NCBI GenBank assembly: GCA_002773945.1
Contig: PEZT01000001.1
Coordinates: forward strand, 71,565-130,606
Direction of reading: 5' to 3'
Origin: Candidatus Beckwithbacteria bacterium CG10_big_fil_rev_8_21_14_0_10_34_10
Lineage (GTDB): Bacteria > Patescibacteriota > Microgenomatia > UBA1400
Length of the DNA stretch: 59,042 nt
Shown piece by piece: positions 58,375 through 59,042 of the stretch. Both the position numbers and the translations under genes were made by a program. The notes under the pieces are model-generated. The model worked only from the letters and a program-made list of their open reading frames with translations. It made no database searches and was not told the origin of the DNA. The number at the start of each line of letters is the position of its first letter. Position 1 is the stretch's first letter.

Positions 58375-58838
58375 TTACTTGCTTCTGGGAAGATAAAAAC
58401 AAAGCCTTCCTAAGACATGTCACGGTTACCGCTTTAGTAATAAAAAAGAATAAAATTCTTCTGGTTAAAAGAAGTTCTTCTGTTCCTAATCCGAAAAAGT
58501 ATTGCATTCCTGGTGGGTTTTTAGAAAGAGATGAAACTGCCAGAAATGGGATTTTAAGAGAAATAAAAGAAGAAACTGGATATCAGGCTAAAGTTATTTC
58601 TCTTTTTAGAGTTAACGATAATCCTAAAAGACGAAAAGAAGATAGACAGAATGTAGATCTAGTCTTTTTAGTTAAACCTTTAAAAATAGTCCAAAAACCG
58701 GATAAAGAAGTTAAAAAAACTCAGTGGTTTGATTTAAATATGATTCCTTTAGAAAAAGATTTTGCTTTTGATCATCGAGACAATATTTTGCTTTACAGGA
58801 AGTATTTGAAAAAAAAGTTTGTTTTACCTATCTTTTAA
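58371..58838 (+). CDS. NUDIX hydrolase
   Basis: PGGFLERDET...REIKEETG Nudix box, AFDH. Confidence 0.92.
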   Translation: MITCFWEDKNKAFLRHVTVTALVIKKNKILLVKRSSSVPNPKKYCIPGGFLERDETARNGILREIKEETGYQAKVISLFRVNDNPKRRKEDRQNVDLVFLVKPLKIVQKPDKEVKKTQWFDLNMIPLEKDFAFDHRDNILLYRKYLKKKFVLPIF

Positions 58839-58885
58839 TAAAAGGGGTCTTTTTGAAAACTGAAATATTAAAAAGATGCTGGCAG

Positions 58886-59041
58886 ATGGAAAATTTGATT
58901 AATCCTACCCCTTGTTTTAATCAAATGGGGGGGCCTTGCATAGAATCTGAATGTCTTGTCAAAAAAAGAATAGAAGAATTAACAAATTCTGGCGTTGAGA
59001 TAGATGAATGGTGGCAATGGATTTTACCTCATAGTGCCTGT
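58886..59041 (+). CDS. Partial hypothetical ORF running off the window
   Basis: MENLINPTPCFNQMGGPCIESECLV... stays open to the window end. Confidence 0.35.
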   Translation, partial: MENLINPTPCFNQMGGPCIESECLVKKRIEELTNSGVEIDEWWQWILPHSAC

Positions 59042-59042
59042 A

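Noticed and set aside
1-59042. Alternative genetic code (TGA = Gly, as in Gracilibacteria/SR1)
   Set aside because: Conserved genes are full length in code 11 and some, such as rpmF and pilN, end naturally at TGA

Overview
AT-rich chromosomal window that reads as a Patescibacteria/CPR genome, most likely Microgenomates-type. This placement is inferred from gene content: short trigger factor and PheT, a DUF5660-like gene, a large type IV pilus locus and an HTH-LAGLIDADG-like ORF running into a tRNA. The genetic code is standard (TGA is a stop). Core content: murT-gatD, a MacAB-like ABC exporter, tig, thrS-infC-rpmI-rplT-pheS-pheT, a class A PBP, recG-rpmF-nusB-acpP-rnc-rpsP-khpA, a ~19.5 kb type IV pilus cluster and ten tRNA genes. 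Most notable: (1) an Elp3 gene back-to-back (CATATG, zero gap) with a methyltransferase carrying Trm9/ALKBH8-type motifs, among tRNA genes, suggesting a eukaryote/archaea-like cm5U to mcm5U wobble-uridine pathway in a bacterium; (2) two tandem leader-peptide attenuators sharing one terminator design, one Phe-rich and upstream of an ACT-less prephenate dehydratase, each followed by an unknown microprotein; (3) a block of GT-C glycosyltransferases and methyltransferases inserted between the major pilin and the prepilin peptidase; (4) a perfect 28-bp palindrome upstream of pilB; (5) A18/G55 co-variant tRNAs, widespread leaderless promoters and a nonsense-split ORF in a small accessory patch. No CRISPR array, rRNA, integrase or transposase was seen. 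All family calls are from motif recognition, not database searches.
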